Of a stretch of DNA of 64,000 nucleotides, positions 61,967 to 64,000 are shown piece after piece (position 1 is the first letter of the stretch; each line of letters begins with the position of its first letter). Both the position numbers and the translations under genes were made by a program. The notes under the pieces were generated by a model, which worked only from the letters and a program-made list of their open reading frames with translations, did no database searches and was not told the origin of the DNA. Source of the stretch: Tubulanus polymorphus (Eukaryota > Animalia > Nemertea); contig NC_134034.1 of assembly GCF_964204645.1 (NCBI RefSeq), forward strand, positions 1,984,072 to 2,048,071, written 5' to 3'.

Positions 61967-62872
61967 ATGAGTAATACCACTGCCAAATGTAAAGATTTCC
62001 TAAAGGAACCAATGGGAAACAAGCCTGTTACAGCAGTGCCGGGTATCGGGCCAGTTGGTGGTGAGCGATTAAGAAATCAAGGGATAAAATATGTACGTAT
62101 CTGTATAAGCGTTTTCAAAATTTGAATTAGCTGTTATTCCTATAAAAAAAAAACTCTATACGTTCGACTGTCGTAGTGAGGATCTACCAGGTGTCGCTAC
62201 CAGACAATCTTTCCATTCTCTGAATTTTAATCACTTCAGTGTTGTTTTGTAAATATTTGTATATACACGTGTAATAGTTTTCCTCCATTTTCTGTTTTCT
62301 TGTTTTTAAGTTTTGTAAATTATAAATTTTATTGTACAAATTCTAATAACCTCTATGTACCAATGTTTGGTTAGAGCGAAATGAACCATTCTATATTCTA
62401 TTCTATTCTAGTCTATTCTATTCTAGTCTATTCTATTCTAGTCTATTCTGCATGTATTCTTTCCTATTCTATTCTAGTCTAGTCTAGTCTAGTCTAGTCT
62501 AGTCTATTCTAGTCTACATGTATTCTATTCTGACAAATGAAATTTTCTATATGTGGGGCATTTCAAATCACTTCCCAAGTAGACGTGGTGTCGTTGGATT
62601 CCTAGTTTTAAAGGTTGCCTAATCCAAGAAAATAAGATTAGAACTAACCATTTTGAATGTTTATTCGGATTAAATCATCTACATTTTCGAAATGATTTTA
62701 TTCGCAATATGTTTTTTATCTCTTTCAGGCCCCTCAAATGTTCGGTCAGTATCTAAGGGTAGGAAATGATACCGAATTTACTGGGTGGGTAAAAGACACT
62801 TGCAGAACAGGAACAGGTCCCGCGAACGCCTGCAAAGATGGTATGAAAGCCTACTACGAAAACTTCATGTAA
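61967..62872 (+). CDS. Barrier-to-autointegration factor (BAF/BANF) family protein, divergent, 89 aa, 2 coding exons
   Basis: Exons 61967-62092 and 62729-62872 (phase 0, GT-AG) give MSNTTAKCKDFLKEPMGNKPVTAVPGIGPVGGERLRNQGIKY|APQMFGQYLRVGNDTEFTGWVKDTCRTGTGPANACKDGMKAYYENFM*. This matches the BAF pattern F..EPMG.KPV...GIG...G..L...G...A....GQ.L......F..W.KDTC. The gene is absent from the ORF track. Confidence 0.88.
62390..62530. repeat. (CTATT)n/(CTAGT)n microsatellite in the BAF-like intron
   Basis: Pentanucleotide runs. Confidence 0.85.
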
Positions 62873-64000
62873 GAGATCAACTTTATCACCTGCATATAAA
62901 TAAAAGGATAATGTTCTCATTGTAACTACTTGGTTCGAATCCCTGCCTCCGATTGATTGTGCCAAGATGATTTGAATCTTTTATCATTTTATTTGTATGT
63001 TTTAAAACTGATATATTTGTGCGAATAAAAAGATCATTAAAAAGTTTGCATTTGCAAAAGATAGTTAGCTTTTGAATCGTGGTCATGTCAATGAAACTAC
63101 ACGGATGTCTGATAATTTTATCGTTTATGCATAAAGATTTGTTTTCTATCTTACATGTATTTATGCAATAACGAATAGAATTCAAATTCGAAAGCAGGGA
63201 AGAAAGAACACAATAAGTGCGTGGTCTTGGTTTGTTTCGTATCCCGGCACCGGTCACAATGTAAATCTATTTGTCACCTACACTGACACTTATCTATGTT
63301 CGTCTGAAGGTCAAAATGAACCACCAGCGAAATAGAGGATTTTGAAGTCAAGAAGTTTGAAATCTCCATGAAAATGCATATGTACCTCCTGGATCCAGTT
63401 TCACGAAAAAGTTTAACTCAATTTTTTAGTGTAATCGCCATTGGTTACTTCGTGTTTTCAATGAGGACAATAATTCAAACTTAACTAATTTAAGCTTAAA
63501 CTTTTTCATGAAACCGGACCCAGGGCTTCATTTTTTCGAAACGTCCTAGTAAAAAACCTATGCCTGATCTGATCTGACCAATGTGATGTTGGACACTGCT
63601 CCCCTTTTCTCAGCGTTCAAGAAAAAAGTTAATTGCTGCTGAATACCATGGTTTCTTCATGTTATCAATGACTTTTGAGGCAAATAATTTGAACTAGATC
63701 GTAACTTTTCGCGATGAAACCGGATTTCTATTTGTTGTCTATGCAGATAGATCAACAAAATTCGAATAGTTCAATAGTTATTCAATTCGTTACCCGGTAC
63801 TTCCAAAATTCGACCAGATTTTTTGGACAAATTTCAAAATTTTTCTGCAATTATTAATCTTTGGGAATATTTTCAAAATAAATCCCACTGAAAAAATTGT
63901 TTGCCCATCGAAAAGGCCAGGGGCAGATCAAAATCTAGATAGAAGTACTTTTCGGGGAGGACCTTTTTCTACGTCGTAAGTCAACAAATGTGAAATCAAT

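Overview
AT-rich, intron- and repeat-rich animal genomic DNA, probably from a lophotrochozoan-type invertebrate. The taxon is inferred from gene content such as the GRL101-like receptor and is not proven. Five protein-coding genes were assembled by hand from GT-AG splice sites. (1) A small secreted pre-pro-peptide (minus, 28-222). (2) Kinesin-1 heavy chain (minus, 36395 to 13608, 21 core coding exons, 965 aa), plus candidate downstream tail micro-exons reaching about 7380. (3) A GH35 lysosomal-type beta-galactosidase (plus, 37809-48890), head-to-head with kinesin. Its acid/base-catalyst exon is present as two diverged copies that cannot both be included in frame, so they look mutually exclusive. 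(4) A giant (~2050 aa), intron-poor GRL101/LGR-C2-like GPCR with CUB, C-type lectin, LDLa and LRR domains (minus, 57878-50351), bracketed by near-identical ~230-bp direct repeats. (5) A divergent barrier-to-autointegration factor (BAF) homolog (plus, 61967-62872). Introns carry piggyBac-like TTAA MITEs, other foldback elements, a dispersed ~78-bp satellite family, LINE 3' fragments and many minisatellites. Most short ORFs in the supplied track are spurious. All gene models are predictions from sequence alone.
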